DNA of 64,000 bases from Neodothiora populina (Eukaryota), in the NCBI RefSeq assembly GCF_041146345.1, contig NW_027191408.1, positions 1-64,000 of the forward strand. The letters run 5' to 3'. Positions 1 to 11,607 of this stretch are shown piece after piece; position 1 is the first letter of the stretch; every line of letters begins with the position of its first letter. The position numbers and the translations under genes were made by a program. The notes beneath the pieces were generated by a model. It did not search any database. It was given only the letters and a program-made list of their open reading frames with translations, and had not been told where the DNA came from.

Positions 1-247
1 TACCTCACTGTACCCACCGCATGTATAAGACAAGTCAAAAGTGGCACGCAGGGTGAAGGCCCCCACCCAGAGCAGCTCCAACGACGAAAATGTTGCGAAG
101 AAAAGAAGAGAAACCACTTCCGAGTCAAGGACCTGCGTTCTGGGCCACGTCTACCTATGTAAGAGCGTTGAAAAAGTCGCAGTTCGGCTCATAGCCCTGG
201 GTCAGTCGGGTCTATAACGCAAACGGTTTGAGGGTTCAGGCGACGAA

Positions 248-275
248 GATGATGATGATGATGATGATGATGATG
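248..275. repeat. (GAT)n microsatellite
   Basis: About 9 tandem GAT units read directly. Confidence 0.9.
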
Positions 276-874
276 TAACCAGACTACCTAGGTATCATTC
301 CATATTTGCCCTCTACAGCTACCGTACCAACCACTACTTGGTGCAACATGTGGGTTTTGTAGTATCGCATGTGGCTCGCTGTTAAATGTACAGTACACGT
401 TCACTGTATGATATAAGGTCGGGTGTAGCAAGAAACAAATGCCGAGGCTCTCGAGGCCAGGGCTACGAGGCAGGGAATGAGCGGTGCGGGGGGCTCCGTG
501 GCCAGTTTGTCTACGTGGGTAGTCTTTGACGGGGGTTGCGTTCAAGGATGTCGTGCAATGAGACAGACTGAATGAGCTGGGAAGAGGAAAAAGGAGAGGA
601 GGACGCCTTGGGTATTCATGAACACTCTCTGCCGACCCAGGTGGTTGTTCAACCGCTCTTCTTCCAAGAGGCGTTTACGCAGGGATCATGATATCCATGT
701 CTGGAAATGTATGATACAGGTGAAACAGAAAACAATAGTGATACGGAAATGGTTGTGGTAATGGGTTGATTTTTGCTTTACATATCCGTACATTTGATAC
801 TCCTTCTTATCCGTCCTCGTCACAGACTGTTTGGTTCTATTTTGTTGCAGCATAACCGTTCAGCAAAGGAAAGA

Positions 875-2524
875 CTAAGCTTTCCTCTCGTTCTGATGTT
901 GCCGCGCGAGCTGCTCGATCAGCTTCGTGGGATCCTCACGGCTCTCGCCCTCGACGGCACCCTTTGCCCTCGTCAACTCTGCCGCATCGAACGCCTGAGC
1001 GCGTCTCGCAGGGCGCTCGTCGGGTAGTGCGTAGCCGTAGTTGGCATTGCCCCTCGTGCCGGGCGGCGACCTCTCGTCGAGTCTCGGAGCGCGGCCAGAA
1101 GGAAATCCGAATCGCGGGGCAGACGACAAGGACGGCGCCTCGATGGGCTTGCCGGTCTTGACGCCCACTGCACCGTCTGCGGCGCGGTCGACAGAGATCT
1201 GGATGAGGCCCTTCTCGTCGACGTGCGCCTTGATCGGGTCGACCCAGATCTTGTTGCCGCCGGGCGTGTCCGGGTCCAAGTGCGAGAGCTTCTGGATATG
1301 TCTCTGCTCGGGCGACAGGTTCTCGGCGTTGCGCAGCTTCGAGTTGTTGAAGTTGGAGTGGTGGGATTCTTCGGTGACGAAGCCGGCGACACCGATGTTG
1401 GCTCTGCGGTCGTTGCCGGCGCCGATGGCTGAGCGCGGACGGATGACGCGGGCCTCGACGGGCTCGTGAGAGGCTTGCGGGCCGAAGGTCGGGTGGTTCT
1501 GCAGGAAGGCTTTGGTGCGAAGATAGGAGAGTCCGGCGGAAGGATGGGTGGCCGGCGGGTTGGCCAGGTCGGTCTCGGCGGGCAGACGCAGGTTCTTGAT
1601 GAATGCGTTGGTGCTGTCCTGCTTGACGATGGGGAAGGCGGGCAGATCAAAGTATTGGCGCACGAGCTCGCTGAGCTCCGAGGAGAGACCGTTGTTGTTG
1701 TCGCGCAGCTCCTTGATCAAGTCGCCCAGCTCGTGTCGGTGCAGCTGGCTCTGCTGCTCGACCTCAAAAGCAAAGGCCTTGGGGTCCATGTCGGAGATCA
1801 GCCCCGAGTCACGCATGGCCGCGATGGCTGCCGACTTCTTCTGGTCGATCTTGACCTGCTCCAGGAACTTGAGGAAGCCGGGCTTGTGCTTGCGCACCGT
1901 CTTTGCCAGGTACTGCTGGAACTCTTCCTCGCTGAGGCCGTTGACCCAGGGGCCCTCGGTCTTCCACCGCTGCGGGCTGTCCGCGGCCGACAGACTCCTC
2001 AGGATGATGGCGCGTTCGGCGGAGATGGGGATGCTGTCAATGTCTCTGGCGCCTGCTTGGGAGGCGGCCGTGGTGGGAAAGGCGGTGTTGTCGACGTCTT
2101 CCTCAAAGACACTGACCGGCGTCGCCCTCGAGCCTCGCGTCATGCCGTTTCTCTTCTGCGGCATGGACAGCGGCATGTTCATGTCCTGCCATTTCAGGAC
2201 GGTCTGGGTGTGGTCGGCGGCAGAGGCGAAGTCGGTCATGTGGTTGAGGTTGTCGATTGCCTTGATGCGGACATGTGCGTTGCATCTGGGCATGGATCGG
2301 CCGGGGAGGGAGCGCTTGAGACCCCAGTCGCCGCGGTGACGAGCAGCGGGAGGCGTCGAGATGGCCTGGTGTGTGGGATAGGGGAGCGTCGCCGTGTCCG
2401 AAGAGCGTAACTGACCGCTTGAGTTGACGGCCTCTAACGGGGCGGCGGGCAGAGGAGGAGGGAGCGAGAAGAGTCGAGACGAGCGGAGCAGGCGCGCCGT
2501 GGGCGAGTTGAGCGACTTGGACAT
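875..2524 (-). CDS. MRP51: Mitochondrial small-subunit ribosomal protein MRP51/bS1m-like, single exon
   Basis: ATG at 2524 gives MSKSLNSPTARLLRSSRLFSLP, an Arg/Ser-rich mitochondrial presequence. Family motifs include YPTHQAI..P..RHRGDWGLKR.LP, HPSAGLSYLRT and PVEARV. The ORF extension to 2998 runs through a microsatellite and is not credible. Confidence 0.8.
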   Translation of the reverse strand: MSKSLNSPTARLLRSSRLFSLPPPLPAAPLEAVNSSGQLRSSDTATLPYPTHQAISTPPAARHRGDWGLKRSLPGRSMPRCNAHVRIKAIDNLNHMTDFASAADHTQTVLKWQDMNMPLSMPQKRNGMTRGSRATPVSVFEEDVDNTAFPTTAASQAGARDIDSIPISAERAIILRSLSAADSPQRWKTEGPWVNGLSEEEFQQYLAKTVRKHKPGFLKFLEQVKIDQKKSAAIAAMRDSGLISDMDPKAFAFEVEQQSQLHRHELGDLIKELRDNNNGLSSELSELVRQYFDLPAFPIVKQDSTNAFIKNLRLPAETDLANPPATHPSAGLSYLRTKAFLQNHPTFGPQASHEPVEARVIRPRSAIGAGNDRRANIGVAGFVTEESHHSNFNNSKLRNAENLSPEQRHIQKLSHLDPDTPGGNKIWVDPIKAHVDEKGLIQISVDRAADGAVGVKTGKPIEAPSLSSAPRFGFPSGRAPRLDERSPPGTRGNANYGYALPDERPARRAQAFDAAELTRAKGAVEGESREDPTKLIEQLARQHQNERKA

Positions 2525-2534
2525 GTTGCCTTTC

Positions 2535-2606
2535 TTGTCCTCTTGTCCTCTTGTCCTCTTGTCCTCTTGTCCTCTTGTCCTCTTGTCCTCTTGTCCTCTT
2601 GTCCTC
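2535..2606. repeat. (TTGTCCTC)9 perfect octamer tandem repeat
   Basis: Nine perfect units starting 10 nt upstream of the MRP51 ATG, in the short divergent MRP51/Csm1 spacer. Confidence 0.95.
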
Positions 2607-2991
2607 TTTTCCTCTTTTCCAAGCCCCTTGTGGTGTGCAGAGGCAGAGAGCGCGCGTGGGAGTCTTGTTGTTGTCCACCTCTTTCTTCTGTCCCGTGCGC
2701 TGTCTCTTGTCTCCCAATCAATGAATTTGCCCTCGTGTTTCGAGCCGGACTCCAGTCGACAAATCTCAAGCAGCGCCAAGCCGGGAGCGAGCCCTGAAGA
2801 TGTCCTTGTGCTCCGACGGAGGAGAGATCCGACAGCGCGGATCTGATTAGGGCTTGCGATAAGCAGCGGAACAGAAAGAGGAAAGAGCAAAGTGGGCAAA
2901 TGTAAACACGAAACTCGACATCGACAGTGGCCCATGACGCGTAGAGTAGCAGTAAACAAAGACAACATCCACGCGATTGACATTCGCCACA

Positions 2992-4937
2992 ATGGCACCC
3001 AGAACAGCAGCAGCGAGACACGTCGACGAGTCAGATCTCGCAGATGACCTTTTGAACCCGGAACTCGTCGACGCAGACGAAGAGCCGCAGCCGGCGCAAC
3101 CTGTCATCAACAGGACTGTCGTCAAGAAGAAGCCTTCGGCTGCCTCTGCAAAGCAATGCAGAGCTACTGCCACTGATCCGGCAGTGAAGAAGACAAGTGC
3201 GACAAGAGCGGCTTCCTCCAAGTCTTCTGGCGCGTCAAAGGAGACCAAGGCGCCAAGGGAGGCCCTCAAGGATCGCACGAACATGACCGATGGCGCCGAC
3301 GACGCGAACAAGACCGAGGAAGTAGACGAGTTTGACGACGATGATGCTGCTGCTCCTGTCGCCGGATCTGCGCCTGTAAAGACGGACCAAAAGGTCAAGA
3401 AGGCGCGTGCGACGACAGACCCAAGGGAAGCAGCAGACCACCAACAGGACCACCACCAAGAAGAAGAAGCCGAGGCGCCGCCAGCGAAGAAGCCTCGTCT
3501 GCCAAAGACAAAGGCTGCCGCTGCGACATCAACTGCGACCTCGAAAGAAATCCCCGATTCGCAAGTTGCGCCGACCAAAGTGCCCAAGACCAAGCTGGTC
3601 AAGCGTGGTGCTGCTCCTACGTCCGACGTCGAGCGCAAGACCAGATGCACAATCCCGGAGGCTCAAGTCGAGCCTCAGCCAGAAGAAGCATCACAGACCA
3701 TCGAAGCGCCGGAGCCAGACAACATGGACATCGACCAAGAAGCTCCGCAACCCGTCAAACCCTCGCGTTCATCCTCTCAGCAGCGTCGACAGCCACTGCC
3801 CACCACTTCACGAGCGCGCTCGTCCTCGACCCAGGCCCGTCAGTATGGAGCACGTCGAAGCGGAGGCAGCAGAGCAGGAAGCAGAGCGGGCAGCGTGTCC
3901 GACACCGAACGCCGCCTGTTGACCGACCACTCTTCCACCACCGCCACTGCCACCGCCAAGAAGCTGCAGGACATGACACGCAGGTACGACGATATGAGGA
4001 TCAAGTACGAGAGCTTGCAGGAGATTGCCCAGAACGCGGCCGAGAGCAACTTTGACAGGCTCAAGAAACTGAGTGACGAGAAGACCAGAGGTATTTCTCC
4101 TTTCATCTTCTTTTTTTTTTCTTCACCCTCCCTGGCCATTCTTGTGTTGTTTTGTTCACTGACAGGGAAACAGACGCCAACGCACTGATAGCCTCGTTGC
4201 AAAAACAAGTCCAAGACCTGCGCAAGTCCACATCCCAAGTCACGTCGGAGTCCGCCCGTCGGCAATCTCGCATATCGCAACTCGAGACGACCAACGAGAA
4301 GCTGCGCGAAGACCACAAATCCTCGACCGCCTCGCTCGCAGAAGCGCAAAACGAGATCAAATCACTAAACGCCAGACTCGACGCGGCGCGCAAAACCGCC
4401 CACCAGTCCGACAAGCTGCCGACCTCCTCGTCGGGAACAACAGCAAGCCGCTCCGCCGCCGCAGCAGCAGCTCTGAACAACACCAGCAACGCCAACGGGC
4501 CCGAAGCGCTCAAGCACGCCGCGCTGAAAGAAGAACTCTACCGCGACCTCACAGGCCTCATAATCAACAGCGTCAAGCGCCGCGACGACGAAGACGAGTT
4601 CTCGTGCATCCAGACGGGCCGCAACGGCACGCTGCACTTCCACCTGACCATCTCCAACGACTCGTCGTCCGCAAACCCCAAGACGCCCACGTCCAAAGCA
4701 CAGAGCTACGAGGACACGGAATTCGCCTACGAGCCGCTGCTCGACGAACAGCGCGATCGCGAACTCATAGACGTCGTGCTGCCCGACTATCTCGCCGAGG
4801 AAATCTGCTTCCCGCGCGGTCACGCCGTCAAGTTCTACACCAAGGTTGTCGAGAGCATGACGCGGAGGGTTATCGTAGAGGACGACGACGAGGATGGCGA
4901 TGAGGGCGCTGCGGGGGCAGGGCATGATGGCGAGTAG
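2992..4937 (+). CDS. Monopolin subunit Csm1/Pcs1-like chromosome segregation protein; exons 2992-4090, 4174-4937
   Basis: Low-complexity N-terminus, central coiled coil, and C-terminal LKEELYRDLTGLII..V......FSCIQTGRNGTLHFHL...F.YEPLLD..RD..L...LPDYL.EEI.F typical of the Csm1/Pcs1 C-terminal domain. Intron 4091-4173 (GTATTT..CTGAC..CAG) joins the two ORFs in frame. Confidence 0.85.
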
Positions 4938-4948
4938 ACGCGTTCTGT

Positions 4949-4994
4949 TTTCTTCTTCTTCTTCTTCTTCTTCTTCTTCTTCTTCTTCTTCTTC
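4949..4994. repeat. (TTC)n microsatellite in 3' UTR
   Basis: About 15 tandem TTC units read directly. Confidence 0.9.
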
Positions 4995-5185
4995 TGCGTC
5001 GCTTTCCCAAGATGATATCACGTCGGCGTTTTCTGCGTTTCCGCTTGAGTGCATTCCTCTACTTGTGCTCCTCTTCGTCTAATGAATCAACCGCCTTTCC
5101 TCTTCCTCTCCCTCTTCGTCTTGTCACTCCGCGTACCAGGCTATCCGTCTCCCGAGAGACGTTAATGGATCGTTTGAGTAGGCGT

Positions 5186-5865
5186 GTCCTGCGCCGACGG
5201 CGCCACTGCGTGGTGCCCTCCTTTCTTCTCCTCTAAAAACCCAATGGCTATGGGTGGGCATGCATGTCCTGCGCCGACGGCGCCACTGCGTGGTGCCTTC
5301 CTCTCTCCATTTCCTTGCCCCGTTTTTGTTTTCTTCGTTTCCATTTCTTCATTTCCAACCCGTCTTCTTCGCTACGCAAGCCGTCCCAGTCGACCCTACA
5401 TCCCAGTCGACCCTGCATGAACGCAAAAAGGGTATAGGATAGAGGTAATAGAATAACGGTGTAGAGTGAGTAGTATTATCGAGTCCTTCAGCGATCAGCG
5501 CCCTTCAACAGCCGTGCCTTTTTGTTGGTCTTTCTGTTGGTCGCGATGATGATGGACAAATCAATGGACAGATATATGGACAAATGAATGGAGGAATCGA
5601 GCGGAGGAGAAAGGAAAGAAGAAAAGGAAAGCGAGGAAAGGCTCGACTGTGGCGTTGTCAAGCTAGACATCTCCATCCCACTTATACTTATACGCATTGG
5701 TTCTCCAGAAGAGAAGAAAAGAAAGGCTCCACGCAGTGGCGCTGTCCGCGCAGGACATCGTTTCGTCACTTTGTCGCTGAGCGGATGACACTTACTTGTC
5801 TATGCTGACTGGTCAGGTATATGATGAAGGGACGGCTCCACGCAGTGGCGCCGTCCGCGCAGGAC
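5186..5865. repeat. Four copies of a 32-bp double-hairpin motif (5186-5217 and 5266-5297 on +; 5725-5756 and 5834-5865 inverted)
   Basis: GTCCTGCGC[C/G]GACGGCGCCACTGCGTGG[T/A]GCC. The first two copies are identical and the last two are near-exact reverse complements. Confidence 0.9.
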
Positions 5866-6054
5866 TAGTTCACAGACCACGGATAAGGGATAGGTTCAGA
5901 GAGAGGTACAATTAGCGATTGGATTGCTCTACGTGCTCGATTATCATCTAGTTCAATGCCCCTGCATGCGTCCACACCTGTACAGTACCAATCGCACATG
6001 GCTCGTCGGTCGAAACACTAACTACAAAGTGTCCAACATTGGGGGGGGGGGGGT

Positions 6055-9000
6055 TCACTGCGCCGTCTCCCAGCCGACCCACTGGCGTCCGACCACTCTC
6101 CACACCCTGACCTCGCCGCTCTTGAGGTCGGCCAGGCGGAAGCTCTCGAGCCGCACCTTGGACTTCTTGCTGTTGTCGTCGCGGCCCTGCTCCCAGGCGC
6201 GGATCTTCTTCTTGGTGCCGTCCCAGTCGGCCACGACGGCGACGTGTTCGCGGCCCTGCATGCCCACTTCCAGCGAGTACTTCTGGTGCATGGTGCCGTG
6301 CTTGCCTTGCAGACGGGCGTTGCGCAGAGTCAGGATGTCGCCGGAGCGGATCTCGTCGAACTGCTGCACCGAGGCGTTGGCGAGGTTGGCGTAGATGAGG
6401 GCGCCGTACGCGCGGGTGCCGACTGGCAACAAGGCGTCTTGCAGGGGACGGAGGAGTTCGCTGACGAGCGCGCGAGGGGAGCCGTCGCCGACGGTCGTGT
6501 CCTTCTTGCCGGCCACGGCGTCTGCGACGCGTGCACCATAGCGTTGCCAGAACATCTCGAGCTGGTCCTGGCGGAGTCGTGCCGGAGGGGGCTCGTGGCG
6601 CTGCTCGAACGTCACCTCGTTGACTTCGCGTGAGTCGAAGCGCGCCGTGATGATTGTCTGGCTGTAGTCGATGAACAGCACATAGACATCCTTGGAGACT
6701 GTCGTCCTGCCTCCGCGTCGCGACGTCTGTGATTCTTCGACCTCGACAAGCACATCGTTGCGGTTCTGGAACACCGGTGGGGGCGCATCACGCTGAGCCC
6801 ACCACTGGCTCTCCTCTGCCAGGTCGACATCGGTGGCGATGAAGCCATCGTTCATGGGCCGGGGCTGGTCCATGGAGCGTCTCGCGGACATGGAGGCCCG
6901 CGGCTGGTCCATGGACTGCCTCGTCGATGCGCGCGAAGGAGGTGAGAACTGAGGAGGGTGCGAGGCAGAAGGAGAAGCCGGAGGCAGAGATCGGTCGTTT
7001 CCTGGTGCGGCGTGAGGGGGCGGTGGTGGAGGACGATCCATGGATCTTCTCGGCGGAGACGCAGAGTACATGTCGTCGGAACTGTCTTGTCGCACAGGGG
7101 CGGCAGGCGGGGGAGCAGGCGCACTCGGTGGAGGCGGAGGCGGCACCGAACGAACAGGCAGCACATGGCTCGGGACGTCGTCGCCGTCCTCGTCGCTGTC
7201 CATGTCCCCGCTGAAGTCTCGAGCCGGAGGCGGAGGAGGTGGCGGAGCTGCTCTGGGCGCATCAATGGACATTCTACCCGTGGGCTCCTGAGGCGGGGGG
7301 GCGGCACGGCGCGGTGGGTCGGAGGTGGAGGGGGAGGTTGTTGGTGTGTGGGAAGCGGCGGTGCTACGACAGGCAGACTCTCATCCATGGTCGAGTCGCT
7401 GAAGGTCCTGGCGTGCGACTTGAGAGCGTCCTTGTGCTTGGCGCTGGAGGCGATGTCGGTGTCGTAGTCACCCTCGTACTCGCTCTCCTCTTGTGCGAGC
7501 TCTTCGACTGGAGGCTGTGGTACAGGTGGCGCCGAGGCGAACGGCTCTGCGGTCGGAGGAGGTGGAGGCGGGGCGCGAGCGGTCGGCGACATGGGGCCGG
7601 TGCCGGGGATTGGAGGGATGCGACTGGCTCGCTTGTCGAAAGAGCTGGTGGGAGAGGCGGGCGAGATGGGCGAGGTCAAGTCAGAAGCTCCGAAGTAAGA
7701 AGCGCGCTTGGCAGCAGGCGGTGGAGAGCGTTGCTCGCTGGGTCTGGCAGTTGTAGGCACGGGAGGGGGAAGGCCGCGAACAGACTCCGTGGCAGGCGAC
7801 TTGAGACTCTCGTCTTCGTAGGCAGACCCCTCGCTGTCAGATTGGGGGACATTGGCAGTGGTGGGTCGAGACGGGACGGGGCGGGCTGTGTAGGGTGGTC
7901 ATGCTGTCAGTCTTTGGTTGTGATTTTGAGAAGCATCACAACATACATTGTGCAGGAGGCGGAACCGGACGGTCGACGGGGAGCGGTGGCGGTGCTCCGG
8001 AGCCGGCCGTGGACGAGGACATTGGTCGTTCTGTTTGTGTTCTGTCAGTGATTTTCTGGCAAGACAAATGTAAACAAGAAGAAATACCTGTGGGCACTGG
8101 CGGAGCAGCTCGATCCATCGAAGTCTTCGGTGAGGCTTCAGGCTTGACCTGCTCGACATCGGGCACGACATGCGCAGGTCTTTCGCCGGTGATTGGACGC
8201 TCCTCTTGTTCCTCTTCTCCCTTCTCCACCTGCAGCTGCTTGTCCTGCTGCTCGGGGCTGCGCACAGTCTGCATACCGGGAATAGGAATCATGGGGATCG
8301 GAGGAGCCTGAACTGGCGATCTGATCTCATCATCCTGCGAAGGACGCGATTCTCTGGCCGACTGCCCGGTCGACTTTTTCTTGGGAGGCATGGCGCCTGG
8401 CATGGGCATACCGCCTGGAGGCCCGAACATGCCTGCCATGCCCATTCCTCCGCTCATCTTGGCCATGCGCTCTCGCAGTTCCATGCGACGTCTTGTCTCG
8501 GCATCCATCTCGTCTTCTTCTTCCTCTTCCTCCTCTTCTGTCTCTGGCTGCTGCTGCTGCTGCTGCTCTCCGCGAGTCTCGTGTGCGGGCGCTGGCTCTC
8601 CTTCCTCGACACTGCCGTCCTCCTCGCCCACGTCGGGCTCTCTGCGCGGCGCAGCAGGGGCTCTTGCGGCTTCGTGCGCCGGGTGCTTCAACGAAGTCGT
8701 CTCGTCGCTGTCGGCATCGTTGCCCTCGGTCGTTTCTCCCGCAGCAGATAGATCGGCGTCATTGGCCTCGCTGTGCAGCTCGGTGTCTGGACCGGTGGTG
8801 GAGCGCGAAGGAGGCAGCATCGACACTCTGTTCGCCGAGTGAGAGAGCTGGCGCGAGAGATCGATCGACGCACCTCGGCCACCATCAGCCTCGTCCGCCA
8901 TGTCCCCGTCAGCAGCAGCGGATGGGACCGACGGAGGTGCAGCGTGAGCATGCTCAACACCAACAACAGACTCGTCGGTGGCCTTCTTGACCGGCTTCTT

Positions 9001-9478
9001 GGGCTTTTCCTTGTGCGCCGCCGGCTCAGCTCTGCGTGCGGCCTGTTCCATCTGCTGTCGCTGCAACATGGCGATTCTCTCCTTGAGACTCTGGGGCTTG
9101 GGGGCCTCTTCGCCATCGTCGGCCTGAGCCGCACCGCCGGGCTGGTCCTGAGGCAGCAATCCAGCTCTTTCGGCATCGGCGCGGTCCTGCTCCTCCTTTT
9201 GTTTGATTTCGGGATCCTCTTCTCTTCGGTAGACTTTGGGCACGGGGTCGACGCGGGGGGGCGGGACGTAGGCGTTGCTGCTCGGAGGAGGGGCGACGAA
9301 TGGCTTCTTGATGAACGAAGGCTGGGCGCCCGGCGGCTTGAAGGGAGTGACGGGAGCTGCGGCGGGCTTGTTGAAGGCGGCGATGCGGTCCCTGAAGGAG
9401 CTCGGCTTCTCGGAGACGGGCGGAGGCGCCTTCTTCTCTGCTGCCGGGGCGGCCGGGGCTGGAGCTGCAGCTGGAGTC

Positions 9479-9513
<35 letters not shown>

Positions 9514-10014
9514 TGGTGCGGGTGCGGGTGCTGCAGCTGGTGCTGGTGCTGGTGCTGGTGCTGGTGCTGGTGCTGGTGCTGGTGCTGGCGTGCGAGCAGG
9601 AGCGAATGACATGCGCTTCTCCGCCGCAGGAGGTGATTGGACAGGAGCTTCTCTTTCTGCTTCTTGTGTCGACGGCTTGGTCTCTACCTCTTCAGGCTCG
9701 GGGTCTGCCGCCGCTGGAGCAGAAGGAGGCGGCAGCGGAGGTGTCGAGTGCACATCCTGCGATGGCGCCGGGGCGTGACGGGCTGCCCTCGCAGGACGAG
9801 AGGGCACCGGAGGCTGGTAATCTTCGACAAAGTTCTTGGGGAAGAGGCCGCTCTGGGGGTTGCCGGAAGCGTCTGTGTACTCTCCCACGTACCAATCGTC
9901 GTCTTCCTTTTCCGTCACGGTGATGATCTGTCCTGTGGGGAAGTTGAGGTCGTCTTCGTGTGGACTCGCGTAGTCGTATACCGCCTTGACCTTGAAGGGG
10001 AGGGCGGCCGCCAT
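6055..10014 (-). CDS. BBC1: Bbc1/Mti1-like SH3, proline-rich myosin-I/actin patch protein; introns 8031-8087 and 7886-7946; apparent frameshift at ~7295-7301
   Basis: N-terminal SH3 (VKAVYDY..PHEDDLNF..GQIITV..KEDDDWY.GE......GLFPKNFVE), SFRDRIAAFN and LRERMAKMSGGMGM motifs, and a conserved C-terminal domain (GDG....GALIYAN.....DEIRSGDI..L...H.AVV.DWDGTKKKIR..EQ). Both introns restore frame. One base appears missing in a C7 run. Confidence 0.85.
9470..9590. repeat. Coding hexamer repeats (GCAGGA)n/(GCTGGT)n encoding a poly(Pro-Ala) linker
   Basis: Read directly inside the Bbc1-like ORF. Confidence 0.9.
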
Positions 10015-10469
10015 TGTTTGGGGGTAGTGTCAGGCTGCAGCCAGCAGGCGACCTGGAGTCAATATGCAGAGATGCAGATGCTGCGGGTAGTCTCACGCGA
10101 ATGCGGTGAAGAGAGTAGACAGCGATGACAATAGCGGTGGTTGCACTGGTGATGGTGATGCGAGAGTGCTGGAGGTGGTTCAATGAACGCCTCTCTCTGC
10201 AGGTCGTCTTGTCAAGCTTGTCCTCTCGACCTGATCGTGATGATGATGATTATTATAGCAAGGAAAAAAAACAAAGAAAAAACAGCAGATGCCGTGCACA
10301 GAGGCACTTTGTTCTGGAAAAGTCTCGATTTCTGGGTTGTTGTTGTTACAATTGCAGAAAGAGTAGGTAGGTACGGTAGGTGGGCCAGGCAGCTTAAGGT
10401 GGATGTAGAGAGGCAAGGTAGGAACGGTATAACGTAGCCCAAAGTCCAAGTGTCGGCCCAAGACAGACG

Positions 10470-10510
10470 AGCTTCTGCTTCTGCTTCTGCTTCTGCTTCT
10501 GCTTCTGCTT
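10470..10510. repeat. (GCTTCT)n hexamer repeat
   Basis: About 6-7 tandem units upstream of the Bbc1-like gene. Confidence 0.85.
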
Positions 10511-11607
10511 GTTGATTACAGTACGGAGTACAGTGTGACGCCCTCCTCCACTGCTCTGTGCTGCTCTGTGCCACCTAGCTGCTGCGCTGGAATAGCTCAA
10601 TTACAAGAAAATGCCCTGAGCCCTCGCTCAATCACTAAATCAATCAATCAATGGCGGGCCGCTCGAGGCTCCAGCAGCAGCAGCAGTGACGTGTTCCGTC
10701 TCGCTGTCTTTACCTTATTAGTGTACGGTATCTTACTGTATCAAGTACCCTGAAAACGCACCAGAGCGTCAACCCGTCGAGTCCATGCTTCCAAGTTCAC
10801 TTTCAATCGATGTCTGATAGCGCAGTACTGTAATTACAGATTGAACGATACCTTACTATCTACTATAGACATGTTTGACACCCCCTACCTACCTACCTAC
10901 CTACCTACCTTGATCATTGAACATAGAGGTGTTTACTGTTACTCCATTTCTCTCCCTCCCTATCTATCCCCGAACCCTTCTTTTCTCTCTCTCTCACCCC
11001 CTCTTTCTACCCCCCCCCCCCCGGAGCCCCCCTAAACCAGAAACGGGCGGATGACGACGAAACGCGATGCCGAATGCTGCGGGACTGGTACAGTACCGGC
11101 TTGCCCGTTCCTTCCGGCCCTTGGCAGGGTTTCATCATCGCGCGTCTCCTTGACCACCGCCCTTTCACTGCACTGTATACGGTACGCCTGATAGTAATGA
11201 TCATGAGCCATGTCGTGGGCAAAGAACCTAAGTATTAGAGAATGTCTGTTGTCCACATTTCAATGGCCATGGGACCCCCTTACGTTGCATGTGAGACGAG
11301 TTGTCCATTCGTTTCTCACTTCTACTTCGAAATGTCAGAAAGTGTAATAAAACACAAATGATCAAAGTAGTAAAGATACTGAGATAGGTAATGCCAAAGT
11401 AGTTGCTTTTGTTCATCAAGTCGGGTCTTCTCTCCGAGTCCCGAGTCCGTTTTCTGTCCAAATCCTCGAAATCAATTGCATCAGTGAAGAATGAGTAAAC
11501 AGAAGAATCCTCGAATAGCCTCCTCTGCAGTGGACAGGGTCGTCCATAAATCCTCGTCTCTCCCTCGCTTACAGCTCCTTCCTCCGCAACCCGATCCTTA
11601 ATCTGCA

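Noticed and set aside
2525..2998. N-terminal extension of the 707-aa ORF
   Set aside because: It starts at a non-ATG codon, translates the octamer repeat and overlaps the divergent gene's start. The presequence begins at 2524.
5186..5297. CRISPR-like repeat-spacer-repeat
   Set aside because: The context is eukaryotic, with only two direct copies, inverted copies nearby and no cas genes.
5757..5790. Possible hammerhead ribozyme core (GACGAAAC on the minus strand) beside the repeat motif
   Set aside because: No CTGANGA element at a compatible position.
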